Assembly: GCA_963837955.1 (NCBI GenBank)
Contig: CAWIPH010000002.1
Coordinates: forward strand, 1,984,001-2,048,000
Direction of reading: 5' to 3'
Origin: an uncultured Verrucomicrobiae bacterium
Lineage (GTDB): Bacteria > Verrucomicrobiota > Verrucomicrobiia > Chthoniobacterales > JAFAMB01
Length of the DNA: 64,000 bases
Shown: positions 9,221-18,863 of the stretch, piece after piece
Layout of the letters: each line of letters starts with the position of its first letter
Numbering within the stretch: the first letter of the stretch is position 1
Notes under the pieces: generated by a model
The model's input: the letters and a program-made list of their open reading frames with translations, nothing else
Told to the model about the DNA's origin: nothing
The model's database searches: none
Program-made: the position numbers and the translations under genes

Positions 9221-10399
9221 TTAACCCGCGCTTCCTAACCCAGCAAAGCACTCCAGGTATTTTGTTCCGGATCCGGTGTTGAAAAGGACGACCGATTCAT
9301 CGGGCCGGATTTGGCCAGTTGCTTGTAGCCGTTTCAGTGCTGCATAGCAGGCTCCGCCTTCCGGAGCGACGAAAACGCCCTCCGAGCTACCGATCTCCTG
9401 AACCGCAGCGAGCATCTCTTGGTCGCTCACAGCAACGGCGGTGCCACCAGACGCACGGACAGCATCCAATATTAGAAAATCACCGATAGCTTTCGGCACC
9501 CGGAGCCCGGATGCTTTGGTGGTAGCATTACGATGTTCTTCGGCGAACCGCTGATTTCCGGTAAATGCGGAAACAATCGGTTGGCAGCCGGTTGCCTGGA
9601 CCGCCACCATACGCGGCCGGCGAGAAGTGATCCAACCCATTGCTGTCATCTCTGCGAAGGCTTTCCACATACCGATCAAGCCGGTCCCGCCTCCGGTTGG
9701 ATAAATGATCACATCCGGTAGCGTCCAATCGAGCTGTTCGGCGATTTCGTATCCGAGCGTTTTCTTGCCCTCGACTCGATACGGTTCCTTCAGCGTTGAG
9801 AGATCGAACCACCCCTCTTTTTCTTTGCGCAGCGCGATCTCTTTTCCGCAATCGGTGATTAGTCCGTCTATCAACGTGACGTGAGCACCCAGAGCAATAG
9901 ACTCGATGACGTTGGCCTTCGGTGTATCCCTGGGCATGAAGAGATATGCCGGTAAACCCGCTCGAGCAGCGTATGCGGCCAGGGCCCCGGCGGCATTTCC
10001 GGCCGATGGGACGGCCAGTTTCTTGGCTCCAAGATATTTGGCCATGGCGACTGCCACAGCCATACCGCGCGCTTTGAAGCTGCCCGTCGGATTTTGCGAT
10101 TCGTCCTTGATCCAGAGCCGGTTGAGACCGCAGTGCGCGGCAAGACGCGGAGCGTAGAGTAGCGGCGTCCAACCTTCTCCCAGAGTTAACGCTTCCTGGT
10201 CGGGCGGCAGTGGTAGCATCTCTCGGTAGCGCCAGAGAGAACGGGGTCGCCCTGGAAGTGACGCTTTGAAGCCTTCGGCTTCGACCCGTCCAATTTGGTA
10301 CCGGGCCAGGAGTGGGCGGCCGCATTCCGTACAGACATTTTGTAGCTGCTGCCACGGAAGAATCCTTCCGCAGAGGCCGCACTGGAGATGGTGGAACAT
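9221..10399 (-). CDS. thrC: threonine synthase (N-terminal CxxC..CxxC)
   Basis: LGEGWTPL, NPTGSFKARG, PSAGNA, EGKKT, YPTGGG, FNTGSG; start placed at MFHHLQC. Confidence 0.85.
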   Translation of the reverse strand: MFHHLQCGLCGRILPWQQLQNVCTECGRPLLARYQIGRVEAEGFKASLPGRPRSLWRYREMLPLPPDQEALTLGEGWTPLLYAPRLAAHCGLNRLWIKDESQNPTGSFKARGMAVAVAMAKYLGAKKLAVPSAGNAAGALAAYAARAGLPAYLFMPRDTPKANVIESIALGAHVTLIDGLITDCGKEIALRKEKEGWFDLSTLKEPYRVEGKKTLGYEIAEQLDWTLPDVIIYPTGGGTGLIGMWKAFAEMTAMGWITSRRPRMVAVQATGCQPIVSAFTGNQRFAEEHRNATTKASGLRVPKAIGDFLILDAVRASGGTAVAVSDQEMLAAVQEIGSSEGVFVAPEGGACYAALKRLQATGQIRPDESVVLFNTGSGTKYLECFAGLGSAG

Positions 10400-10460
10400 C
10401 AGCAGGAGTGGAGTGGATTCGGGAGGGCGTATCGGTCCCGACTCGCACACTTGTCTCGCC

Positions 10461-10520
10461 GAAGCGTCCGACGAAGCCGCTTCCCGATGTTCGAGCCACG
10501 GTTGACTATTGGCGAAGTCG
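10461..10520 (-). repeat. 60-bp TCCGAC..GTCGGA mini-element nested in another REP
   Basis: Similar to inserts at 46691-46749 and 55670-55727. Confidence 0.65.
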
Positions 10521-10768
10521 GAAGGCTTTGCGAAGGCGGAAGGCCATGTCGCGGCCACATTTCGAGGTATGCACAGCCTAAGAACGAGGGCGCGCTGAAG
10601 CTGGCGAAAGTGGCCGCGACCGCCGAACCGAGAGTATGATCGAACCCTGTTAGGCCGGAAAAGAGAATCCGAAATCTGGAAACCATTGAAGTGATAAGTA
10701 TTGCGGGCTCAATACTGACCGGAGTGACCATACGTCGTCAATGATTTGGCGTTAGCCCGATAGGAGTC

Positions 10769-11071
10769 GTCCCGGAGGGACCCAATGAAAGTAGCCAAGT
10801 ACGAAGTGCTGGGGATAATGCAAAAAAGAGACGTCCGTCCCGTCAGGGACGATAGAAGCGTTTTGGTTCCTGGTCCTCTCGTATGCGGCTTCACCAGCGT
10901 AAAGAGATCGATCGTCCCCTCCGGGACGGGTCATTTTTTTTGCATTATCCCCAGCACTTCGTACTGGGCTACTTTCACTGGGTCCCTCCGGGACAAAGGA
11001 TTAGACATCGGCCTTGTTGACGCACGTGCGCGGCCGCGGGGTGGGCTACTTTCATTGGGTCCCTCCGGGAC
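10769..11071. repeat. REPIN family A copy with extra arms
   Basis: Close to 2731-2948; additional half arm at 11043-11071. Confidence 0.85.
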
Positions 11072-11316
11072 AACAGCCTTGGACCTCCGTCTCTCGGCCC
11101 TCGCCGAACTCAGCCTCGAGAAGCACTACCGGTCGTCGGGCGCCAAGCACTTATGATGACGACGCCGCTCACAAAAGCGTAAATGCTGCTCTGCTGATTT
11201 TAGCGGAGCCATCACGCTTTCTGCCGTCACAGGACGAGTTCATCCCGTAAGAGCCCTTTAGACGGAGGTCGAGGTAAGACCTGCAAAACCAGCCGTCGAA
11301 ACCTCAAAAATTAACA

Positions 11317-11736
11317 ATGACCAAAATTATGAAGAAACAGATATTTGCTGTACTCGTTTTAATTGTAGCGTTAGCCGCCATACCGGCGAAGGCCGATCTT
11401 ATTGTTCTTCCGGGGGACAGTGATTCGATGGATTTCGTATTGGAGAACGCGACCAACGAACCGCTTACGGGATTTTACGTTGCGCCTAATGGGGAGATAT
11501 CGAATGACAATTGCCTAACTAGCGCGCTGCTCACCGGGCATAGCACAACATTGCGATTCTCTCGGAACTCCAGTGCCGGCTCCTACGATCTCAACTTTGT
11601 TTATCGAGACGGCCCGAACACCTCCATGAGCAATTTTGATTTGTCTGCGATCATGAAGATCAGGATTTCTATGGGCAATGGCGGTTCGCACATCACGCAA
11701 ATACAGTACCGTAACGGCAAAATAGAGCAGTATTAG
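11317..11736 (+). CDS. small secreted hypothetical protein
   Basis: Signal peptide MKKQIFAVLVLIVALAAIPAKA; beta-rich mature region. Confidence 0.7.
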   Translation: MTKIMKKQIFAVLVLIVALAAIPAKADLIVLPGDSDSMDFVLENATNEPLTGFYVAPNGEISNDNCLTSALLTGHSTTLRFSRNSSAGSYDLNFVYRDGPNTSMSNFDLSAIMKIRISMGNGGSHITQIQYRNGKIEQY

Positions 11737-11896
11737 GCCTCCGGTCCGTCGCGTCCGCGCGCGTTTGCTGAAATGAAGCCGCTCTATATGCGAGGATTCG
11801 TTCTGTTAGTAGTTCTTGCGTCCAGCGACCCAGCGCCGAAAAAAGCTGCTTGATTTGATGGCATCGGTCACCAAGCGCTTAGGATGACGGCCGCGC

Positions 11897-13402
11897 TCAC
11901 AAAAGCATAAACGCTGCTCCGGCGATGAGGGTAGGCACTAGAGCACCAAGAAGTAGACCGAGAGGCGAGATGCCGCCCTCACCGAAACGGGAGGACAAGA
12001 TCGATACACCTGCGGGATTGGGAGCGTTTGCGATCACTGTTAGCCCGCCTCCAGTGATAGCACCCGCCATCACCGCGTATTTTAGAGAATCGGAAAAATT
12101 CGGCACCAACGAAGCCAGATAGGTGATAGCTGCGTTATCGTTGAACGCTGTTAAGATCGTCGCTCCGATCATCATCGGCCATTCAGTCAACTGCTGAAGT
12201 ACGGGCACGATCCACCATTCCTGGCATCCGCCGTGGATAACAAGTGAGCCAAGGAAAAAGCCAACCAAAAGCGCTTGGCGGAGCGCGATCTGGTGTTGGC
12301 TCCTTCGGGTGGCGGTGACAAACGCCAGGAAAAAAAGAAAGCCGAAGATGGTGAGCACCGGGTAATGCGCATTCACGACGGTCCAAGCCAAAAAAAGCAG
12401 ATGGATGAGAGTGATCGACCATGGAACCCCTCGACGTTCTTGAGTTGATTCCGCTTTGGCCGGCTCGGGAGCGAGTTTCCCGAGTTCCTTTCGGAATAGC
12501 AGCAAGAACAGAAGGTTGGAGACTAGAATAGCAACGACTGCTTTCCAGCCAAAGTTTTGTAGCATGAAAAGAAAGTCCCAATTCCAATGGCTTGCGACCA
12601 TCACGACTGGCGGGGCCGCAAAATGAGTAAGAGTTCCGCCAACCGAAATATTCACGAAAAGGAGACCCAGCGTCGCGTATTTCAGGTGCTTGCTCGGGTG
12701 CAGGTTGTAGAAGCGATGGCGGAGTAAGAGTGCACTGATGGTCATTGCCGCCGGCTCCGTGATGAAAGAGCCAAGGACCGGACCGATCGTTAGGATGGAC
12801 AACCACCAAAACATCGGGCGGCCCCGGCCGAGAGCTGCGATCCGAGCGATCGTGTTCTCTGCCATTCGGAGGATCGGCAACGAGCTGGCCATCGACATGA
12901 TGACAACCACAAATATCGCTTCGGCTACGTTCACGTGGCCTACGTAGCTGACCATCGCCCCCCACCCGTGAAAAAAGATGATGGCCATCATTAAAGGAAC
13001 GAGCCAAATGCCGAAGACGGCTTCGATTTCGCCCATGAAATGGAAAAATTGGGCGCGAAAGATCAGACGATCCCACTCGTCATCCAGGTTGCGGCGTTCA
13101 GTCGGATCCGATTCCTCGATGGCCCGCGCTTTAACATCGTAACCATGGGCGATTTTTTGAAACCGGGAAGCCAGAAAGGTATGCACGATCGCGCAGAAAA
13201 AGATGATCGTAGCCGCGGCATTAAATGGTTCTTGCTGAATCCGAGCGAGAAGCTTGCCGGAAAGGGATGAAATCGAGTCGTCGTTATAGCTGTCGCTGGA
13301 GAGTGGAAATTTTTGGTTATTTGCTGGCTGGGCGGCTCGCGCTGGCGCAGCGCCGAACAGCAGACACGGCAGGATCAAGAAAAGAAGACACCAGTTCTTC
13401 AT
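11897..13402 (-). CDS. putative Na+/H+ antiporter (DUF1504-like membrane protein)
   Basis: Many TM helices; GSFITEPAAMT, NISVGGTLTHFAAPP, DNAAITY, GGGLTVIANAPNPAG; start placed at MKNW. Confidence 0.85.
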   Translation of the reverse strand: MKNWCLLFLILPCLLFGAAPARAAQPANNQKFPLSSDSYNDDSISSLSGKLLARIQQEPFNAAATIIFFCAIVHTFLASRFQKIAHGYDVKARAIEESDPTERRNLDDEWDRLIFRAQFFHFMGEIEAVFGIWLVPLMMAIIFFHGWGAMVSYVGHVNVAEAIFVVVIMSMASSLPILRMAENTIARIAALGRGRPMFWWLSILTIGPVLGSFITEPAAMTISALLLRHRFYNLHPSKHLKYATLGLLFVNISVGGTLTHFAAPPVVMVASHWNWDFLFMLQNFGWKAVVAILVSNLLFLLLFRKELGKLAPEPAKAESTQERRGVPWSITLIHLLFLAWTVVNAHYPVLTIFGFLFFLAFVTATRRSQHQIALRQALLVGFFLGSLVIHGGCQEWWIVPVLQQLTEWPMMIGATILTAFNDNAAITYLASLVPNFSDSLKYAVMAGAITGGGLTVIANAPNPAGVSILSSRFGEGGISPLGLLLGALVPTLIAGAAFMLL

Positions 13403-13608
13403 GGGGGAGGAATTGGGCGTATCGGCGTGCCGGCGTTTCGGAGTATCGGCGTGTTGTTGCATGTTCTGGGGGTTCTGCGGCAATCCGTGTGCGTTCGCGT
13501 CTATTCGTGGTTTGAGAACGATCGACTCCCTTAGCGGGGCATGGCTAGGCATTACCCGTCACGCCCTTACGCTGGTCCTGGCCCTCTCATCTCCCGTCTC
13601 CAAACCCA

Positions 13609-13905
13609 TCACAAATCTTTCGTCTTGAGTTGGGCTAAGCACCGTTCGAGGGCATTGAGCGCGTTCTCGGCATCCGGACCTTCGGCGGTGACCAACAGTT
13701 CAGCGCCGGTGCGAATGTCAGCCGTCATGATATCCATGATGCTTGTCGCCGAACAGCTTCGTCCGTTCGCTTCCAAGGTGATAGAGCTCTTAAAACGCAT
13801 TGCGCATCGGACGATCTCGCTAGTCGGGCGGGCATGGAGACCGGTCGCGTTGGTGACCTGCATTTTGCGGGTCAATTTCTTCGTGGAATTGGACGCTTGG
13901 GTCAT
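13609..13905 (-). CDS. ptsH: HPr family phosphocarrier protein
   Basis: GLHARP (His15 motif), SATSIMDIM (Ser46 motif), AEGPDA. Confidence 0.85.
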   Translation of the reverse strand: MTQASNSTKKLTRKMQVTNATGLHARPTSEIVRCAMRFKSSITLEANGRSCSATSIMDIMTADIRTGAELLVTAEGPDAENALNALERCLAQLKTKDL

Positions 13906-13926
13906 GAGGGGGGTGAAGCGGACCAT

Positions 13927-14193
13927 TCAGATAGTGTGGGAAGGCGCTTGGGTGAATTCATCCTCACTGATTTCCTCGATCTTCAGAACGTGGGGATTCT
14001 CGCAACAAAGCTCCAGGAAACGGTCTCGATCGGCATCTCCCTTTAATTCCACCAGAATGAGCTGCGCGCTCGCATTCCTTTTGCGGGCCCAACCAGAAAC
14101 CCAAGGTAGATACACAACAGGTGGGAAGACATGAAATTGATAGAATGCGGCCTCTTCATTCTGGAATGTGATTCGAAAGCAAAATCGATACAT
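13927..14193 (-). CDS. hypothetical protein
   Basis: ORF ends just upstream of the HPr gene on the same strand; no recognisable motif. Confidence 0.4.
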   Translation of the reverse strand: MYRFCFRITFQNEEAAFYQFHVFPPVVYLPWVSGWARKRNASAQLILVELKGDADRDRFLELCCENPHVLKIEEISEDEFTQAPSHTI

Positions 14194-14356
14194 CGAGCGG
14201 TAATAAAACCGCCGAGCCCGGAGACGCAAAGGGGAAAAGCCCTCGGGGGGAGGATTAGTGATTGGTGACCGGTGAATGGTGATTGGGTGATTAGTGAATG
14301 ATGATTGGTAAATCAGTGAGGGTTAATCGGGAATCCGCGATCGCCCGCCGGGGCAG

Positions 14357-14553
14357 AGCGCCGAAGGCGCGATTCAAGATAGCCTAGAGGGTGAAGCCCT
14401 AGGAATAGAAACAATAAACGGGATCAGCGCTGAAAGCGCGTGACAATGTGAGATTAGGGAAACGTTGAGACGGACCTTCAGCGCGTAACCGCTTGGGGAC
14501 CGATTTCCTAGGGCTGCACCCTAGGGGCTATCTTGAATCGCGCCTTTGGCGCT
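14357..14553. repeat. REPIN family C (AGCGCCGAAGGCGCG...CCTAGGG..CCCTAGG...AGCGCTGAAAGCGCG), flanked by GATTGGT-type heptamers
   Basis: Long inverted arms; a second copy at 59870-61562 is split by IS256. Confidence 0.85.
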
Positions 14554-14616
14554 TTGCCCCGACGGGCGACCGCCGACCACCAATCACCCTCCGACCCCTC
14601 CCATGCGCGTTTCACG

Positions 14617-15879
14617 CTACCGGTGTTTTCGCCGTCGTTTGGCCGCCTTTGCCAGCCGAATTTTTGGTCGCCAGGTGTCTCGTTGATCTAGTTCTTGCAG
14701 AACCAAGCTCGCGGCGCCACGGGCCCAGACAACATCACCCCAGTGATGGATCATTAAATCAAAATCGTGCCGAAGCGGATCAATCAGGCGGTCGTCAATG
14801 GTTGCGCGCATCGACTTCTCAAACAGGTGAGCGCAACTCACAGCGCCTTCACAGATAACGACCCGTTCCGGGTTAATGAGATTGACGAAGTTAGCGATGC
14901 CCAGCCCGAGATAATTGCCCATTTGTTCAAAGATCCGGCGATAACGACGATTTCCCGCTTCCGCCTCTTGCACGACTTGCCGCAGGAGCGAAATGCGCGC
15001 TTGGTAATCCAAAGGTTGGGCTGGTAGCTGAAACCCGGCGCTTTGGGCTTCACGTAAAATAGCAAATCCGGCCGTGTGTGTTTCCATGCAGCCGTGTTGG
15101 CCGCACTGGCAAATCGGCCCGTCGAACACCAATTTGGTGTGTCCAAATTCTGCACCAATTCCGCGAGCGCCCCGGAATAGTCTCCCATTTAAAATCAAGC
15201 CGCTTCCGGTTCCGTGCTCAATCGTGATGACAATGACGTGCTGCAGACCCTTTGCCAGCCCAAACCAATGTTCGGCCAAAGTCACCAAATTCGCGTCGTT
15301 TTCGATAAAGACCGGCGCGTCGAAACGGCTCCGAAGCAATTTGCCGAACTCCACGTCGCGTCCCCTGAATACCGGGCTCCAAAACACTTTCCCTGATTCT
15401 GCTTCCACAAAACCAGGTATCCCGACTCCGATTCCACTTACTTCGGTCAACGTTTTTTTTGCCTGCTTTAGGCAGGCGCGGACAGCCTTAGCCACAAAAG
15501 CCGCCAGCTGAACTGGCGACAGATCAAGCGGTTCGCATGCGATATTCTCCGAAGCGAGCACGTCGCCGGTAAAATCGGTCAAAGAAACAACAATCTGATG
15601 GGTGGCGATTTTGACGCCGGCCACGTGCATATAGTTCGGATGCAGTTTGAGAGCCACGAGCGGACGTCCGCGTCCACGGGTTGCGACAGGCATCGAGTCC
15701 TCTTCGATCAGAGCGCCTTCTTCGATCAAATGACTGACGATACTGGATATCGTGGCTTGGCTCAGTCCTGTGACTTGGGCCAGCTCTGATCGCGAAATTT
15801 GATTATCGTGAAGCCGAATGGCGTGTAAAACATCAAACCGATTAATGTTCCGAATGATGGCGGGACCTCGAGAAGCCAT
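14617..15879 (-). CDS. ROK family transcriptional regulator (NagC/XylR-like)
   Basis: N-terminal HTH ISRSELAQVTGLSQATIS, GRGRP, ENDAN, EFGH, CQCGQHGC. Confidence 0.92.
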   Translation of the reverse strand: MASRGPAIIRNINRFDVLHAIRLHDNQISRSELAQVTGLSQATISSIVSHLIEEGALIEEDSMPVATRGRGRPLVALKLHPNYMHVAGVKIATHQIVVSLTDFTGDVLASENIACEPLDLSPVQLAAFVAKAVRACLKQAKKTLTEVSGIGVGIPGFVEAESGKVFWSPVFRGRDVEFGKLLRSRFDAPVFIENDANLVTLAEHWFGLAKGLQHVIVITIEHGTGSGLILNGRLFRGARGIGAEFGHTKLVFDGPICQCGQHGCMETHTAGFAILREAQSAGFQLPAQPLDYQARISLLRQVVQEAEAGNRRYRRIFEQMGNYLGLGIANFVNLINPERVVICEGAVSCAHLFEKSMRATIDDRLIDPLRHDFDLMIHHWGDVVWARGAASLVLQELDQRDTWRPKIRLAKAAKRRRKHR

Positions 15880-15982
15880 GGGTGAGATCAAAATGGGGGG
15901 TGTTAGACCTTTGTACGTGAGTATACACCGGAAGCGCAAGAGGCGAATCGAGGGATCAGTCGCTCATTCGACGAAAAAGCCC

Positions 15983-16208
15983 CGTAGCCTGATGCTGGAG
16001 TAGCCTGACGCTCCAGCCTCAGGGAGCTTGTTAGTGACTAACGCCGACAACGCCGGGAACGCCGGGAACGCCGGGAACGGCCGGGAACGCATTGGTTGGT
16101 GATTAGTGAGAGGGCGGTGGGAGCTTTGTCGAGGGTTTACCGACAGGGGACCTCTCACCAATCACCTCTCACGCGCTGGGTTCCTGAGCCGGGAGGATCA
16201 GGCTACGC
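15983..16208. repeat. GTAG-type REP pair enclosing an (AACGCCGGG)n 9-mer array
   Basis: CGTAGCCTGA ... TCAGGCTACG ends; 9-mer tandem at about 16041-16090. Confidence 0.6.
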
Positions 16209-16210
16209 TG

Positions 16211-17065
16211 TCAGGCCTCAATCGCTTGCAGGATTAGTTCTAATGCTGCGGCGGCTTGCACGGTTCTGGCAACCTCGACCGGCCCGCCCGCTTCGGGATG
16301 AAACCGGGTATGCCCCGTCGCTTCGATCTTGACGACCCCGGTTTCGAACTCGAACAGCTCCCGATGGAGGATCGCCAAAGCGGTTAACGGATCATGAAGA
16401 TGACAACGCTGTCGCTCTAGCCTTTCCCACCAAAGCCGGGTTTGCTGCTCCAACAATGTACCAAGTCCGTTCGGCAAACCGGATAGACGAAGTAGTTTCG
16501 GCTCTGTTATTTCGACTTGTAGCGTCACATCGAGTCCTACCGCTGTAATCGGAATGCCGGAGTCGAAGACGATACCGGCCGCCTCCGGGTCTACCTGAAT
16601 ATTATGCTCCAGGTAGGGCAACCAGAACGCTCCGCCCATCAGATAAATGCGTTCAACGTCGCGGACAAACGCCGGACTGTTCTGGACTGCTAAGGCGAGA
16701 TTAGTGAGAGGCGCGATCGCGAGTATTTCTAACCGCTTCTCGGCCGCAGCCTTTACCAGAAAGTCCGGAGCGCTAGTTTCGGTATTAACGGACAATGTGT
16801 CGAGGTCCGGGAACCCTTTGGTGTCGGGTTCGTTCCAAGATGTCGCCCGCGAGACCAGCGGTGAGGTTTCACCAGGTATGACCGGGATCGATTCGCGCCC
16901 GAGAAGTTGACAGACGTACCGGGCTATCTTCGCGCGAACCGAGGAGTTTCCATGCACGGTTGTGATCCCTCTGAGTTCGATCTCTGCACTCTTCGCGAGC
17001 ATTACCAGGGTATACAAATCGTCGACGTCGTATCCAATATCGGTGTCGAGCAACAGTGGGCGCAC
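16211..17065 (-). CDS. nucleoside hydrolase (IU-NH family)
   Basis: DTDIGYDVDD, PLTNLA, MGG, EHNIQVDPEAA, HDPL motifs. Confidence 0.9.
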   Translation of the reverse strand: MRPLLLDTDIGYDVDDLYTLVMLAKSAEIELRGITTVHGNSSVRAKIARYVCQLLGRESIPVIPGETSPLVSRATSWNEPDTKGFPDLDTLSVNTETSAPDFLVKAAAEKRLEILAIAPLTNLALAVQNSPAFVRDVERIYLMGGAFWLPYLEHNIQVDPEAAGIVFDSGIPITAVGLDVTLQVEITEPKLLRLSGLPNGLGTLLEQQTRLWWERLERQRCHLHDPLTALAILHRELFEFETGVVKIEATGHTRFHPEAGGPVEVARTVQAAAALELILQAIEA

Positions 17066-17241
17066 GGAAGCGATCAGTAGCTCTAAATTGAAACGATGGG
17101 TAGGAGAATTCGAATCCGGGAAAGGGACAGCGCTCGCGCGATAGCCGATCGCCGATAGCCAATGTGCTATTTGCTATCGGTCAGTTCTGCTCGCTTTGAG
17201 ATTGCAGTAGCCGCAGAAACTGGGATTTGATTGCGGCCACA

Positions 17242-18030
17242 ATGCGAATTCCTCCGCTGCTCCGCATCTCGATCTGGTTGCTCCCGCTCATTGTCTTAAC
17301 CCAAATTAGCCAGGGACAGTCTATTCAGCTCACCGATTCGCAGGCCCAGAGCGTCGGAAGGCGGCTGTGGCAAAATGAATCAGGGGGAAGCGTCGCCGGT
17401 CTTACTGCCTGGAATACCGGCGAAGATTTCGCTTCACTCGGAATCGCCCACTTTATTTGGTACCCCGAGAAAAGACGTGGACCATTTGAAGAGAGCTTTC
17501 CTCCGTTACTGGCTTTTCTGCGATCATCCGGTGCGTCGGTGCCAAACTGGTTAGCCGATGCCAAGGCATGTCCGTGGTCAACGCGCGCTGAATTTTTGGC
17601 TGCGACAAATAGCCCGAAAATGGAGGAGTTACGCAGCCTTCTCGCTAGAACGGTTGGATTGCAGGCCCGGTTTGCAGCCAATCGTCTGGAACAAGCGCTA
17701 CCGAAGATGCTCGCGGCTGCCCCGGCAGAGAAACACGCGTCGATCCAGCACAATTTCGCCAGAGTAGCGGCGCTTTCCAACGGAGCGTACGCGCTCGTGG
17801 ACTACGTCAATTTCAAGGGAGAGGGAACGTTAGTGACCGAACGTTACAACGGAGAAGGTTGGGGGTTGCTGCAGGTATTGGAGACGATGGGGGACGGTCC
17901 GGCGCTCCAGGAGTTTAGTCGAGCCGCAGATAAAGTCTTGACCCGGCGCGTTCAAAACGCGCCACCGGCGCGCGGGGAGCAGCGGTGGTTAGCAGGTTGG
18001 CGGAACCGGGTCCGGAGCTATGCGGAGTGA
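17242..18030 (+). CDS. secreted conserved hypothetical protein
   Basis: Signal peptide; WQNE, WNTGEDFASLGIAHFIWYP and DYVNFKGEG blocks look conserved. Confidence 0.75.
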   Translation: MRIPPLLRISIWLLPLIVLTQISQGQSIQLTDSQAQSVGRRLWQNESGGSVAGLTAWNTGEDFASLGIAHFIWYPEKRRGPFEESFPPLLAFLRSSGASVPNWLADAKACPWSTRAEFLAATNSPKMEELRSLLARTVGLQARFAANRLEQALPKMLAAAPAEKHASIQHNFARVAALSNGAYALVDYVNFKGEGTLVTERYNGEGWGLLQVLETMGDGPALQEFSRAADKVLTRRVQNAPPARGEQRWLAGWRNRVRSYAE

Positions 18031-18046
18031 CTGAATCGAGGAGCCA

Positions 18047-18097
18047 GGAGGGATCGCGTCCTCGCGATCCGCGGCGCACGAGGACGTGCGCCCTCCC
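18047..18097. repeat. REP doublet family B copy
   Basis: Identical to 4353-4403; lies between convergent genes. Confidence 0.9.
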
Positions 18098-18158
18098 CGT
18101 CCAGGGCGAAGATCAACGCTGCGATCGGCAACCGATCACTGCTTCCCGATCACCGGTC

Positions 18159-18587
18159 CTATTTCCGGTGACTCGCGCTATCCAACGAATAGCGATCCCA
18201 ATTGGCGGTCGCTAATAGGACGGTGAAGAAAGCGACGTAAATCATTTGCTCGCTCGCAACCGTCCAATTCTGAATCTGCGTTGCACCGAATGTCAGCAGA
18301 CACATAAAAAGCGTCCCACCGATTAAGCTCGGGCGAAGGTACCATCCCGCGATGAGAACGATGCCAAAGATCAGTTCGAGTGGGGGAATAACGTCGCCTA
18401 CCAGGGTTATCAACGGACCTGGTATCCAGGTTTTTTCGAACATCTTTTCCATACCGGCGGCAAAGGCTGGGATGTTGCCGATGCGGGTAATGCCGTGACC
18501 GAGCAAATTGATGCCGAGCGCAATCCTGGCCAAAGCATGCGCAAGGGAGAGGTCGCTATGTGAAAGATTTGGGTCGGGTCGTTCCAT
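18159..18587 (-). CDS. DoxX family membrane protein
   Basis: LARIALG..LGHG, LELIFG..LIAG, four TM segments, RYSLD tail. Confidence 0.85.
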   Translation of the reverse strand: MERPDPNLSHSDLSLAHALARIALGINLLGHGITRIGNIPAFAAGMEKMFEKTWIPGPLITLVGDVIPPLELIFGIVLIAGWYLRPSLIGGTLFMCLLTFGATQIQNWTVASEQMIYVAFFTVLLATANWDRYSLDSASHRK

Positions 18588-18667
18588 GGCGCGTGATCAT
18601 ACGACAATCGCCGGGGCGTTGTCGTGCGCGAATTGCGGGGATTGCGGGCTCGGCTAAGCCTCGCCCG

Positions 18668-18812
18668 ATGACAAATGACAAATGACAGATGACAAATGAC
18701 AAATGCGTGTGCGATCCAGCGCGACGTAGCCTCGGGTGTAGTGGGGCGAGAAGCCCTACCGGTCGTGGGTTGCACCCTCGCATCTGTCATCTGTCATTTG
18801 TCATCTGTCATT
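18668..18812. repeat. inverted heptamer arrays (ATGACAA)n ... (TCATCTG/TCATTTG)n
   Basis: About 5 units at 18668-18704 and complementary units at 18781-18812. Confidence 0.8.
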
Positions 18813-18863
18813 CACCCGGAGGTTGACGTGCGATTCGCGGTGCGTTAGCAATCCGCTCCTCGA

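Noticed and set aside
9528..10499. 323-aa Arg-rich ORF
   Set aside because: Alternate frame of thrC; the same applies to 12183-13076 within the antiporter gene.
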